From NCBI RefSeq assembly GCF_009914755.1, contig NC_060932.1: a stretch of 64,000 bases of DNA; one strand, 5' to 3'. The stretch's first letter is position 1, and every line of letters starts with the position of its first letter. The notes beneath the pieces were generated by a model. The model saw only the letters and a program-made list of their open reading frames with translations, did not search any database and had not been told where the DNA came from. This document shows, piece by piece, positions 41,246-56,150 of the stretch. Made by a program: the position numbers and the translations under genes. The stretch is from the human T2T-CHM13v2.0 reference genome, Homo sapiens.

Positions 41246-41699
41246 ACATCTCATAAGTGTGCACACCTGCCCACCATTCCTCTTCATCCTACTCTTCTGA
41301 TGAACACACTCCTTTACCTGCCCCCAGCTTCCTCACCTTTCATGATCCACTGCCATTAATGACCCTGAGATTACTCAGGTGAGTTGCCAAGAAAAAAATT
41401 GCTAACATGCAATGCTGGATATGACTTCAAACAAACTAAAAAGGTCATTCATACCAATATGGTGTCCAGAAGGAGGGAGATGTAAGACTCATTCTTCATT
41501 GATTACCTCAAGCATGAAGTATTGCATTCAGTTGTTTGTATCACATGTACACAAGGTTAAGGGAGGACCCAAAAGCATATAATAAGCAGGTAAAATAATT
41601 GAAGTTATTTAGGTAAGAACAAAGAAGGATCGTTGGAGAAGCCATGCTTGTCTCTAAATACATTTTTAGAAAAGCTTTTTCTCCCTTTAAAAAAAAAAG

Positions 41700-42720
41700 A
41701 AAAAAGACACTTTTTCCATATTCCCACCACCCAAAGACAAACACTGTTAACACAACTTTATAAAAATAATTCCTTCAGGATTATTTTCGATGCATAATCT
41801 TTTAAAAATATTTTTGCATTTTTATCAATCTTTCTAATGTTTGTGTATTTGTCATTTATAAAAACATAAGCATTCACTCATGTTTTTAAAAACTCTTTAT
41901 AAACACAATTTCCTTACAACACATACTGTTTCACTGTGAAGATATATCACAGCCAATTACTTACCACTGAACATTTAGACTGCTCCCAAATTTCACTATT
42001 ATAAATATTACTGGAATGCATATGTGTATGCAGAAAGAAGTCTTTCCCAATTCATTTAATTAAAGCACTATCTACAAGCATAAAATTTTCTCATACATAC
42101 TGCAAATTGCTTTTCAGTATTTTTCTCCCACTGGTAAATGGATAAGAATCTGCATTTCACCAAACCCTGTTAATACTTTAAAAATATTTTCTAGTAGAAA
42201 GCGAGAGGAAATTCGTGTTTTGTTTAAGCTCCATTTCTTTGACTATTTGTGAGGTTGAACTGTTGTCCAAGGTTTTTTATCACTTATATGATCACATTCG
42301 TTAATTATTTTTTTCATGTAATTTGGCCAACTGTCTACTTGGAGTCCTAGTGACTCCTTTATTGATTTGTATCAAACAATTATAGTAACATTTTAGCATA
42401 TCTGTCTAGTAATTTTTTCCAGTTTCTTTGCTTTTGTTATTATTCCTCATTATTTCTATAGAAGTTTTAAATTTTAATGCACTCAAAATTATTAAATTCT
42501 TCCCTTTTCCACCAATGAGTTTTAGTCTTTGAAAGTTATTTCCACCTCAGAGAGTAAATAAATATAAATTGATATTTTTTCAAGCTTTCTAGAATGCTTT
42601 TTGTTGTTGTTCTACTGTTTGTTTTTACATTTAATTTATAAATGAAGCCGTAACAGTATTTTGGAAGTTCTGGGTAAAATAAGGCTTTAAAGTGATTTCC
42701 CCAAATAGCTATCTTTAAAT
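41700..42720 (-). mobile_element. Ancient L1ME-type 3' remnant
   Basis: gaacatttagactgctcccaaatttcactattataaat; catttctttgactatttgtgaggttgaac. Confidence 0.6.
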
Positions 42721-42833
42721 ATTTAAGTGGATATCACGTGTGCAGATGTGTGTTGGAGAATTAAATTGGCTTTACATAGCTTAAAGAGAGAATTAGAACC
42801 ACTTGATTAAGTTATAAATTGTTGGCCACATTA

Positions 42834-43202
<369 letters not shown>

Positions 43203-43268
43203 TTAAAAACTGTTATGGCGTGTACAACAAACATGCAGGTGGACACTAGCTGTAAAGAGCTGGTAATG

Positions 43269-43567
<299 letters not shown>

Positions 43568-44960
43568 AGCTGGTAATGACCTTCAGGTGTGACAGCCCTG
43601 GCTGAAACTGCCTGAATATGAACTAGGCCATCTTGGGGTTAAAGGCACACTGAGCATATGCCTCAGTGAGCCCAGGAGAGGCCTCTTGCATAGGCCTAAT
43701 TTTTTAAAGCTTTTTTTACTTTTAATGCTCCCTTAACTTAGCTTGGTTAAAGGGTACTCTGTCAATGAAGGTATTCAATTAAAGTGTGGTAACCGACTAG
43801 GAGGATGCAGAAGAAGGAATTCTGGCATTTTATTATGGAGCTGCACTATTGCAGAATCCTATTGTCAGATTCTTACAGCCATGGTGTATCCAACTGTGCT
43901 GGGGCCCCTACATCCTCTCCACAGCTGAGTAAGTGCTTGTGGAACTGCATATATGTTTATAAATTTCCCCAACCCAGTTCCCTTATGATATGGTGGTCTT
44001 TGCTTCTACTAACATCCCCGCTGATGCCCAACATAAGGCAAACCCAGCTTGTCTTGGTCATGGACTTTTGGAAAGCACACAAGGGGCTGATTACCACCTT
44101 CTCCCACTCAACACGCACCATCACCCTACCTGAGATGGGGGAGGTGAGACAGATTCCCACTGGGGATGGAGAAGAGTCACTAGTTGGGGTTGGATTCTCC
44201 AAAACTGTGAGATTTATGTGGCTTATTCCCATAGATCATAGAAGCCCTAATGTGGTGGGGACATTGTAAAAGGAAATATAATTATATGCTTTGACTGTCT
44301 CAGAGTCTGTGAGTTCTCTTGACCTTAAGGATAATCAAGAAGACACAAAATCATCCCTAGGCAATCTTTCAAGTGGCTGGGCAGTCTGACCACTTGGGCC
44401 TGAAGCTTTCCATTACCCAGCATAATAGCCAAGGGTTTTTTGGAGATAAACAACTATGAGTAGAATTTGACAATACATAGAAAGAGAATTAAGCTCCTCT
44501 GAATGTTATATCTATTAGGATGAATTAAAGACAGTCATTTTAATGATGAAGTATTCACATCAATGCAATTGAATGAAATCCCATATTAGGCAAGGGAAGG
44601 GAGTGATTAATTCAGGATCTTTAGTTGCAGAAAGAATTTTCTAGACTTACCAATAAAATATTTCTAACTCATTTTTGAATTAGGGGGTCTGGGAAACCAG
44701 GTTTACATTTGTGATCAGAGGAGACTTCTCCAGGAATCTACATATAAAATTGGATGGTTAATACAGAGAGGCTAGCTTCCTTAAGAGTGCTTGAGGTATT
44801 TAACATGGTTGTCTCCTGGGAGTCAGAGTAGACCTCCTGAAACATGATTTTCTGCAAAAATGCTGGCTGAGTTAACTAGAGCAGGGCCTTCAAATTAAAT
44901 GTCCACATTCTGACTGCTTTGGCAGTGTGTGGATGTGAGGTCTTGTAAGAGATTGAATAG

Positions 44961-46050
44961 TTATTTATTTATTTATTTTTATTTTTTGTTTTTCTTTATT
45001 TCTTCTAAAAAAAATGGGATACATCTGCAGAACGTGCAGGTTTGTTACATAGATATACATGTGCCATGGTGATTAGCTGCACCTATTGACCCAACCTCTA
45101 AGTTCCCTCCCTCACCCCCCACTCCCCAACAGGCCCTGGTGTATATTGTTCCCCTCTCTGTGTCCATGTGTTCTCATTGTTCAACTCCCACTTATGAGTG
45201 AGAACATACTGTGTTTGGTTTTCTGTTCCTGTGTTAGTTTGCTGAGGATGATGGCTTCCAGCTTCATCCATGTCCCTGCAAAGGACATGATGACATGACC
45301 TCATTGCTTTTTATGGTTGGATAGTATTCCATGGCATATATGTACCACATTTTCTTTATCCAGTTTATCATTGATGGGCATTTATGTTGGTTCCATGTCT
45401 TTGCTATTGTAAACAGTGCTGCAATAAACATACGTGTGCATGTGTCTTTATAGTAGAATGATTTATATTCCTTTGGGTATATACCTAGTAATGGGATTGC
45501 TGGGTCAAATGGTATTTCTGATTCTAGATCCTCGAGGAATTGCCATACTGTCTTCCACAATGATGGAACTAATTTACATTCACATCAGCAGTGTAAAAGC
45601 ATTCCTATTTCTCCACAGCCTCACCAGCATCTATTGTTTCTTAACTTTTTAATAATCACCATTCTGACTGGCATGAGATGGTATCTCACTGTGGTTTTGA
45701 TTTGCATTTCTCTGATAATCAGTGATGTTGAGTATTTTTTCATGTGTTTGTTGGCTGCATAAATGTCTTCTTTTGAGAAGTGTCTGTTCATATTCCTTGT
45801 CCGCTTTTTGATGGGGTTGTTTGTTTTTTTCTTGTAAATTTGTTTAAGTTCCTTGTAATTCTGGATATTAGACCTTTGTCTGATGGGTAGATTGCAAAAG
45901 TTTTCTCCCATTCCATAGGTTGCCTGTTCACTCTGATGATAATTTCTTTTGCTGTGCAGAAGCTCTTTAGTTTAATTAGATCCCATTTGTCAATTTTGGC
46001 TTTTGTTGCAATTGCTTTTGGCATTTTCGTCATGAAGTCTTTGCCCATGA
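44961..46050 (-). mobile_element. 5'-truncated L1PA (about 1.1 kb; 3' UTR and ORF2 C-terminus)
   Basis: T-rich tail, then antisense L1PA 3' UTR. ORF-track fragments [28 protein letters not shown] and [17 protein letters not shown] are L1 ORF2. Confidence 0.95.
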
Positions 46051-46654
46051 AGGTATGGTGCTTTAGGACCAATAAATTCCTTAAAGGAGATGTAGCTAAG
46101 AATCTCCAAAATGTAATCCACATCTGTGCTTAAGGGGAGAGAGCAGAGTTGCATCCTGTTGGTTCATGGGAAGCCCACATGCTTTCATGATGGAAAGGCT
46201 TGCAAGTCCATGCTGTTTCTGCCATCCCCAGCTTACATTTTTTTCAACTTCAGGGGCTTTCTTAGAGTTGAACAGGTAGAACGATATACCCCTCTGGCTG
46301 CCTCATTCCACTCCACCTTAAGGCTCTTATATTAGAGCTCTGAAAGCAGGAAATAATGATAAAGCTGCCACCTGGAAAGCTACTTTTCTCTCATGTGCAA
46401 TGTAAAGCAAGCAGCTCTCGTTGCTTTCTTGTGTTTATGGCAAATGCCTTTCAAGAAGATGTAGGAACCTGCAAAATGCATGCTGGAAAATTACTCGGGA
46501 GCACTCAATTCCACCCTCAGCATATCCTGAGCAGTGGCCACATTTATTTGTAGAAATCATGCTCAAGTACAATGAAGACAAAAAGTCCTCGAAATATCAC
46601 AGCCTTTATACTCGGGAGATAAACATTCACAAGCCGGCCCCAACTGCACCATAC

Positions 46655-47060
46655 CAAGATAAGTATGGACCTGCAGGATAGCCTAGGCTGTGCTGCAGTG
46701 ACAGACCAACAGAAATATCAGTGTTTCAATACATAAAGTTTTGCTTATTCAAAGTCTACTAGGAGCCCATTAGCTCTGTACAGCAGCTTCTTTTCAAGCA
46801 ATGACACAGGGATCCAGACTGACTTCACTGAGGCTGTCTCTTCTCAATGGTGGCCAAACCAATCAACATGGGAGGGTAAGTGGGAGCTGCAGGTTGCCTA
46901 GAAGCTTTATGGCACCTTAATGGCCAAGTTGAGGCATAGCTCACTCCTGCCACATCCCATGGGCCAGGACCAGTCACATGGTGCCAGCTAACTGTAAAGG
47001 AGACTAGGAAGTGGAGGGCAGCACCTTTTGTGTGATGAGCATTAAATGTCTCTGCTACAA
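46655..47060 (-). mobile_element. MLT1-type LTR remnant
   Basis: caggatagcctaggctgtgctgcagtgacag...cacatcccatgggccaggaccagtcacatgg...gagcattaaatgtctctgctaca. Confidence 0.65.
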
Positions 47061-50000
47061 CCTTTTGCTCAGTCAGGGAAAATGAGAAGAGAGACTCTCC
47101 TTTAGGAACATCAGATTTAGTAATATTAGACATGGAGGCACAATACTCATTCTGTGCAATACCAGATTATTCAGGAATACAAGACAGAAAAAAAGATGGA
47201 GCTGTTCCCATATCTATAGCTATAATTATGGCCTTTTGACACAAGCTTTCTAAGCTCAGTTACATTAATTTAGCTCTCTCATTATAAATGATGAATTTTA
47301 TTGGTTTTCCTAATGTCCTTTATTCTTTGTAGAGGAGTTTAACAGTCATCAAAGCTGATTATAATGTACTTGTTAATGTTTTCAATTTAATTCAAGCATG
47401 AAGTGGGGTTTATGACATTTCTACAATAAATCTCATTGTTAATTCATTGTTTCTTCCATCCAACATCCTTGTTTTCCTTGTTAGATTTAATTAAAAATCC
47501 ATTTGAAGCACATCTATAGCCTTACTAATATAATATTCAAAAGCTCTACACTACACCAGAAATGCATGAATCATCTCTCTATACTGCATCATTCTCTCAT
47601 TGTAACTATGCTTTTTATTATTTAGCACTTAAAAATTCAGGAAGAAGGTTCATGAAGTTCATTAATCAGTTCATATTTAATCATATCTTCATAATTTTAG
47701 AAGGGTGTATATTTTTTCATAAATTAGATAATGAGCTTCCAGTAAAAATTACCTGGAATACTTTTGGGTCAAATTGAGAATATAAGGCAATGGCCCTTAC
47801 ACAAGACCAAACTGATTTGATAATAAATTAATAATATGTCAAGTAAATTATAAGGTTAACTGTTACTTTACTCCTTTTCTTCACAAATCTCTTCCTATCT
47901 CTACTTGAAGAGCTGTTAGCTCACTCAAATTTAAGACAGAGGATTTAAACTCTTCAATAATAAGAACATATCTAACTACTCATCTGGGTACAGTTGTAAT
48001 GTACAATCTTACTGCTCCAAGATATATATATAATGGCACTTGAGTTACAAAGTCATATTTTGGTATCTATGAGAAGAGTAAGAGACTGAACATAGTTAAT
48101 CTTACAAATCACAGTTTCCTGGAGTTTCAAGGGTCATTGAAGGTCATTTAATTGACTCTCCTATTCACTATGTCATTCCTTCTAAAGTATTACTGTCAGG
48201 TAACCATCTGGCTTCTCCTGGAACGCTTTTAATGAAAAGGGGTTCACAATATTTCCAGGTCATTGCAATGTTAAAGTTCATTGTTGGATGTAACCTACTT
48301 TATTTGGAACAAAAACTTATCTTTATATAACTTCTTCCCAATGATCTTAACTCTACCATGTCTAGAAACACAATTTCTCTCCCTACTGACAGCTATGATG
48401 TCTGCCTTTAATATTTTTTTAGTGGAAAGCCTAAATCCCTCAATCATTAACAGTGAGATGGTTTAGAGACTCCTTACCGCATTGATCATCCTCTGCATTA
48501 GTGGTTGTCAGCTGGATGGGGATAGCCGCTACTTGGAACAGGGGGATTGGGTTTGTCTGGGAGGACAGTAGGGTTTTGTTCCCCTTACCTCTTGATTATA
48601 AGATGCTTCCTAAGGAGGAAAGCCTTTTCTCCATTCTTGGAATGACTGGAGTGAGTCCCCATAACTGATGATTTGTGTGAGAAGCCTACTAAATGTCAGC
48701 TAAAATTTGTTAACATGCTCTCTTAATATGATGTCCTAATTTTAATACAGAACTCCAGCTGTAGCTTGATAATTACAAAATATAATAAAACTAGTATCTC
48801 CCATATTCTGAAGATCCCACCTATAGTGATATAGCTATCACCTGAGCTTTCTCAGGCCCTAAAACCTATAAATATACATGGTTTATTATTAATCATAAAA
48901 AAACAAATTTTATTGACTTTCATCTATGCTGTCTCACTCAGCTACTTAGTGCCTCCTGCTACCCCACCCACAGACACATAGCAGGTATATCTTAGAATTT
49001 CACCAAGAAGTTAAAAAAAAAAGACAAGACAACTACAGTCAATCAGATGTAGTGGATTTTATCATTTAATTCCCACAGCAGGTCTGTTATGTGAGTTACT
49101 TTACAAAGCAAAAAATAACATCAGAGAGGCTAAGTAATTTGCTAAGGTTCCATGTCTCTCAAAAGGCAGATTACTGTATAATTGCATAAATAATCATGAG
49201 CTGTTGTGCAATATGATAACAGATGATACAATCATTTAGCATAACAGCTTTAAATTATCTTGTCTCAAATTTCTAGCAACCTAGAACCTAGATGACCATT
49301 CCAAATTATTGTTGGTTTCATTGGCTGTATTTTCACAGGACTGCAGACTCCCACAGCTCGCTCTGTGTGGTGATCAAGGTCAAGGCTGTAGTCAGGGTCT
49401 ACATACTGTTTTTCAAGGTGAAGCACACTTACTAGGCATACTAAAGCTATGTATTCAAGACAAGTGGAAGTGAAAGGTCATGAACATGGTGACTGCTTTG
49501 AGTACTTGAGCATCTAAGGCCCTTCACCTCCCTCAGAACTGTTTCAAATGTATCCTCAAACCACATTACCCAAATCTCACACCAATCTGAGTTCTGTCTC
49601 TCTGTCTCTAACTGGCCAGGTCAGAGACCTATGCTTTAGGCTCCTACACTTTATAGACCAGAAAGGTCATTCTGCAGCAAGTGGAATGTGACTGCCAGAC
49701 GCTTCATGTCTGAGCTTTTATAATGCATGAGCAGGTCCAACTAATACTAATTGCAGGGAAAATGTTTCAGTGTTTAAATCAGAATATGCTCCTTATGATT
49801 ACTTTTGAAATCTATCATATCCAAGCAGCTTATGACTGAGAACTCTAGAAAGTCAGGAAAAAAAAATCCTAGTTTTGGGAATTTAAAGCCATATGAAGAA
49901 TATGGTACAGTTAATGACTCCCCCACAGCTATGATGTCAAGCTGGTTGGGAACCACCCCAGGAATATCCTGAGTTCTTTTCCTTGGGCTTTGATCTAAAA

Positions 50001-50984
50001 GTATCTCTTTGATGGAAGCTACTCCTTCATGTAAAAAGAGACAGCTCCATAAAGGAGGCAAGCAAAATCTTCTGGACTGATTTCTCTTTTGGGATCAGAT
50101 TTCTGGATATGGATAAACAACATTTAAAAAAAAATTTCCAGTCATCTTTACCATTCTTAATGCTTTATGTAATTTTTTAAAATCTTATCAGGATAAATTT
50201 TGTAACAGCTCTGAATTGAGTTGTACTCTCCCCTCATTAAAAACAATAATAAAATAAATAACAACAGAACAAAACACCATTATCAAAGCAGGAAGTTAGC
50301 TCAGGGAATAGAGCAAATGAAACACAAAACACACCCTCTTAGAAACTGACATAGTAGAAAAAGCACGGCATTAAATATCAAATCTATAGCTGATCAATCT
50401 TGTGAAGATCATATGAAAATTGGCATACAACAGAAAATGCTATTGAAATATTGTTATTAAATTTAAGCCTCTCACTTAGAAACAGGCATATATATGGACT
50501 CACGCATTTATTCAATCAACAAATATCTGTAGAGTACCTGGCACATACCACTGAGATAAATGTTAGGTATTTATTCTGACTTAAGTTACTGGAACAGTTT
50601 TTCTAATCTTGTCTATGATTTTTACAGAGAATAAAATAATTTTCTGTTGCATGATTTAAAACTCTCAGCAACAGGTTGCAGTAATAAATCATCTAAAGCA
50701 TATCTGTTCACTTTTGGACTTCATGCCACCACTGCAATCCAATTATATGTTACTTATCATAAAAACTCAGGGGGTTTCTTCACATTAAGGTATTTGCATT
50801 CATGGAAAAATTGAGGTACAAGGCCTATTTTTGATTGTTTTAACATGTATGGCTACCTGTGTCCCTGATTTCTGATCAAGTTGAGGAGACAGAATGAACT
50901 GAGAGAAGAACGTTAAGCATTTGAGAGATCAATCTTTTGCGTGAGTAGGCCCAACAGAGCAATCTAACATGTTCTTTTGAAAAG

Positions 50985-51150
50985 TGTGAGAGTGGTAGGA
51001 GGGAGAGGAGAAGAAAAAAATAACTATTGGTACTAGGCTTAGTACCTGGGTGATGAAATAATCTGTACAACAAAACTCCCGTGACATGAGTTTACCTATA
51101 TAATAAACCTGCACGTGTACCCCCGAACCTAAAATAAAATTCTTTTTAAA
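50985..51150 (+). mobile_element. Short L1PA 3' end
   Basis: actattggtactaggcttagtacctgggtgatgaaataatctgtacaacaaaactccc...aacctaaaataaaa. Confidence 0.85.
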
Positions 51151-51499
51151 AAAAAGGAAGAAGAAATTCTTGGTTTTGGAAGGACTGTGGGGGAAGGGTA
51201 AAGAATAAAGGCACAGTTGAGTGGATGTGCCTCTGCCGGAGAATGGGGAGTGGTGACACTGTTTCTCCCATTGGGTGCCCGGGTTAATTCCCGGCTACAA
51301 TCCCTGGTAGTGGAGATGATGAGGTGGGCATTTCTCTCCACATCCATCTTGCAGAAGGCGAGAGACAGCCACCCTCAGTGCTACAGTGAGAAAGAGGGCT
51401 TGTTGTTAGTTACTTAAGGCTGGGGAAGAAATGGGTATTCTTTTGGCAAAGCAAGAACAAAAATAGTGGTGGTGCATCTTTTTAAGTGGGGGAACATTC

Positions 51500-52457
51500 A
51501 AGGATTTCCCAGCAAAATAAAAAAAAAAACAAAAGATTCCCACTATCTCCACACCTGTCTATAATTGTAGTGAAGGTATTTACCAATGCGATTGGCCAAT
51601 ATGAAGTAGTTATAGGCATAAGAATTAGAAAGGAAGAGATATAACTAACTGTATTTGCAGAAGGTATAATTATTAAATACCTTGAAAACCTCAAAGCATC
51701 CCTGAAAAAACACTACAGAAATAACATAATTCAGTGAACATAGAGAAATTATTTGTCCCTATACATACGCAGCATAACCTAACGAAGATAAAATGGAGGC
51801 AAAGACTCCATTTACAGTAGTAAAAATAGTAACAGTAATAATAACAGAAAACCTAGGCATAATTTAGCAGTACATATCTAACACCTATGTGAAGACAATT
51901 ATAAAACACTCCTGAAAGACACAAAAACAAACCTGAGCAAACGGAATTACACTTACCTTGTTTGGGATAGGAAAGCTCAATACTCACTATGTCAATTCTC
52001 CTTAAATTAATTTATAAATGAAATGTGTTCACTACAAAAATATTCTCATAATTTTTTCCAGAGTGGATAAGTTGATTACAAGAAGCAAGAAGAGCCACAA
52101 AAAAAAAAAGAAAAAAGAAAAAGAAAAAGAAAAAAAGAAGAAAAACATCCTGAAAATCAGAAAAATGGAAAGGGGCAAGAAATATACCATGGAAATTACT
52201 TCACAGCATAAGGTAAAGGTATTATCTAATATTAAAACATAGTGCCCTCTAAGTATAGTTCTGTATTATTAGAGAGTGAACAGATAGACTAATAGTAAAC
52301 TTAAAAATATATTCAATGGAATCTTGTCTCAATGGAGACAAGATGGACTTTTCAGTAAGTGCTGGAGTAAGTGGATGATTATATTTGTAAACCAATAAAA
52401 TTGAATCCATTGTACTATATAAACATACCAGAGATTTAAATGTTAAAAATAAACCAT
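51500..52457 (+). mobile_element. Ancient L1M ORF2 remnant
   Basis: ggcataagaattagaaaggaagagatataactaactgtatttgcaga; gtttgggataggaaagctcaata. Confidence 0.7.
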
Positions 52458-53680
52458 GTAAGTTTTAAATTCTGTTTACATGATGTATCACATTTATTGA
52501 CTTGCCTATGTTAAACCATACCTGCATTCCTGGTATGAAACCCACTTGATCATGATGTATTATCTTTTTGATACGCTGTTGGATTCAGTTAGCTAATATT
52601 TTGTTGAGGATTTTTCCATCTATGTTCATCAGGGATACTGGTCTGCAGTTTTCTTTTTCTGTTATCTCCTTTCCTGGTTTTGGTATTAGGTTGATATTGG
52701 CTTCACAGTATGATTTAGGGAGGATTCCTGCTTTCTCTATCTTTTGAAATAGATTCAGTAAGATTGCTATTACTTCTTCTTTGGATATCTGATAGAATTT
52801 GGCTGTGAATCCATCTGATCCTGGACTTTTTTTTTGTTTGCAATTTTTTAAATTACTGATTCAGTCCAAGTCTTAAATCTAAGACCCCAAACCATAAAAA
52901 TTCTAGGAGATAACATCAGAAAAATTCTTCTAGATGTTGGCTTCGGCAAAGAATTTATGACTAAGAACCCAAAAGCAAATCCAACAAAGCCAAAAATAAA
53001 TAAATGGGACCTAATTAAAGTAAAAGCTTCTGCACAACAAAAGAAATAATCAGCAGAGTAAACTGACAACCCAGAGAGTGGGAGAAAATATTCCCAAACT
53101 ATGCATCCAACAAAGGACTAGTACCGAGAATCTAAAAGGAATTCAAACAAATCAGCAAAAAACAAACAAACAAACACAACAAATAAGCCCAACAAAAAGT
53201 GGGCAAAGAAGCCAGGCACTGTGGCTCATGCCTGTAATCCCAGGACTTTGGGAGGCTGAGGCAGGCGGATCACTTGAGGTCAGGAGTTCGAGTGAATCCA
53301 GACTGGCTAACATGGTGAAACCCCATCTCTACTAAAAATACAAAAAAAATTAGCTGGGCGTGGTGGCACCTGCCTGTAATCCCAGCTCCTTGGAGGCTGA
53401 AGCTCAATAATCGCTTGAACCTGGGAGGCGGAGGTTGCAGTAAGCCGAGATGTTGTCACTGAACTCCAGCCTGGGTGACAGAGTGAGACTCCATCTCAAA
53501 AAAAAAAAAAAAAAAAGTGGGCAAAGGACATGAATAGACAATTCTCAAAAGAAGGTATACGAACAGCTCACAAACATATGAAAAAATGCTCAACATCACT
53601 AATTATCAGGAAAATGCAAATTCAAGCCACAAGGAGATACTACCTCACTCCTGCAAGAATGGCCATAATTTAAAAATCAA
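52458..53680. mobile_element. L1PB-type element with 5' inversion (52458-52867 minus, 52868-53680 plus), 3' end missing
   Basis: Antisense ORF2 (cctggtatgaaacccacttgatcatg) switches at about 52868 to sense ORF2 (cttaaatctaagaccccaaaccataaaaattctag). Stops at ataatttaaaaatcaa. Confidence 0.85.
53210..53511 (+). mobile_element. AluS inserted in L1
   Basis: Full dimer, poly(A), TSD aaaaagtgggcaaag. Confidence 0.96.
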
Positions 53681-56117
53681 GATCATGGCAGACTGGAGGC
53701 AGGACTAGATTGCAGCTCCAGACAGATCAGCAGGTGGGGACTCATATTGCAAATTTTAGCTCTAGATCGACTGCAAGAACAAACCAGCAATCTTGGGAGG
53801 ACCCACAGACCCTCTGCAGGAAGTGGACTGCTCCTGCAGGACCTGGGAGGCACCCCCAAAACAGTGAGTGCCCCAACTGCGGAAGTGGGAAAGGGAGACC
53901 ATCCCCTCCCAAACACACATCCCCACTGGAGAAGCCGAAGGCCTGTTTGCCGGAGAAGTTTCCGACTTTACCTGGAGCTGAGTCAATCTGGAGAGCCGAG
54001 GGAAATACACGGGTAGAGAAAGCAGCAGAAAGGCCCTGGGAGCTCGCTGGGTCCCCTAGCAGGCCATTCCTGCCTGGCACCTCAGGGATCCAACAGGAGA
54101 GGAGCAGGGGTAAAACTACACAAGGAGAAGGAAATCTCTAGCTGAACTTTGTAATAATTTGAACGGGTTAAGAAGCCTCCTGGCCAGAACTCAGCGCAAA
54201 TCCGTTGTGCAGACTCCACAGCAGGGGAAGAACCAAGCCCTTTTCTTTAGCAGCTGGGAGGCGGGTAGCCTGGGGCAGGTTTCCAAGCCCGTGTAGCTCT
54301 CCGCCTGGAAAGGACTGGCGGCTGTTGTTGGGGCACCGTAGGAATGAGACACCCCCTTCTGTTTGCATGGGAGCTGGGTGAAGCCTGTGACTGCCGACTT
54401 TCCCCCACTTCCCTGACAACCCGCATGGCTCAGCAGAGGCAGCCATAATCCTCCTAGGTACACAACTCGATGACCTGGGAATCTCACCCCATTCTCCACA
54501 GCAGCCGCAGCAAGACAGTCTGAGCTCAGACATACCTAGGCCCAGCCCCAACTGATGGTCCTTCCCTGCTCACCCAGTAGTGGAAGACAAAGGGCATATA
54601 ATCTTGGGAGTTCTAGGGCCCCGCCCACTGCCAGTTCCTCCCCATACTACCACAGCTGATGCTCTCTGGAAAGTACCACCTCCTGGCAGGAGGCCAACCA
54701 GCACAAAAATAGAGCAGTAAACCACCAAAGCTAAGAACCCTCATGGAGTCCATTGCACCACCCCGCTACCTCCACTGCAACAAGCACTGGTATCCACGGC
54801 TGAGAGACCCATAGGCGGTTCACATCACAGGACTCTATGCAGACAACCCACAGTACCAGACCGGAGCCAGGTAGACTCACTGGGTGGCTAGACCCAGAAG
54901 AGAGACAACAATCCCCATCAGAATACCACCATCATTCTTCACAGAATTAGAAAAAACAATTCTAAAATTCATGTGGAACCAAAAAAGAGCCTGCATAGCC
55001 AAAGCAAGACTAAGCAAAAAGAACAAATCTGGAGGCATCACACTGCCTGATTTCAAACTATACTATAAGGCCATAGTCACCAAGACAGTATGGTACTGGT
55101 ACAAAAATAGGCACACAGACGAGTGGAACAGAATAGAGAACCCAGAAATAAACCCAAATACTTACAGCCAACTGATCTTTGACAAAGCAAACTACAAGCA
55201 TAAAGTGGGGATAGGACACCCTTCTCAACAAATGGCCCTGGGATAATTGGCTAGCCACATGTAGGAGAATGAAACTGGATCCTCATCTCTCACCTTATAC
55301 AAAAGTCAACTCAAGATGGATTAAGAACTTAAACCTAAGACCTGAAACTCCAAAAATTCTAGAAGATAACATTGGAAAAACCCTTCTAGACATTGCCTTA
55401 GGCAAGGGTTTCATAACCAAGAACCCAAAAACAAATGCAATAAAAACAAAGATAAACAGCTGGGACCTAATTAAACTAAAGAGCTTTTGCACGGCAAAAA
55501 GAACAGTCAGCAGAGTAAGCAGATAACCCACAGAGTGGGAGAAAATCTTCTCAATCTATACATATTGACAAAGGTCTAATATCCAGAATCTACAATGAAC
55601 TCAAACAAACTGGTAAGAAAAATACAAACAATTCCATCAAAAACTGGGCTAAGGACATAAACAGACAATTCTCAAAAGAAGATATACAAATGGCCAACAA
55701 ACATATGAAAAAATGCTCAACAACACTAACAATCAGGGAAACGCCTATCAAAACCACAATGCGATACCACGTTACTCCTGCAAGAATGGACATAATAAAA
55801 AAATCAAAAAACAGTAGATGTTGGTGTTGGTGTGGATGCAGTGATCAGGGAACACTTCTATACTGCTGGTTGGAATGAAAACTAGTACTATTTTCCACTG
55901 TGGGAAATAGTGTGGAGATTCCTTAAAGAACTAAAAGTAGAACAATCATTTGATCCAGCAATTCCACTACTGGGTATCTAACCAGAGGAAAATAAGTCAT
56001 CATCATGTGAAAAAGATACTTGTACATGCATATTTATAGCAGCACAATTCACAATTGCAAAATCGTGGAACCAACCCAAATGCCCATCAATCAATGAGTG
56101 GATAAAGTAATTGTGAG

Positions 56118-56150
<33 letters not shown>

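Noticed and set aside
41328-41384. Plus-strand mini-exon candidate (cccccag|...CAG|gtgagt)
   Set aside because: An isolated candidate of about 50 nt with no supportable partner exons. Such pseudo-exons are common.
43590-44270. 154-aa ORF at 43805-44269 and possible LTR-like sequence
   Set aside because: No recognisable protein similarity or splice context, and I could not assign a repeat family with confidence.
49774-50061. 95-aa minus-strand ORF with a plausible acceptor before GVASIKEILLDQSP
   Set aside because: No good donor site and no recognisable protein. Likely chance.
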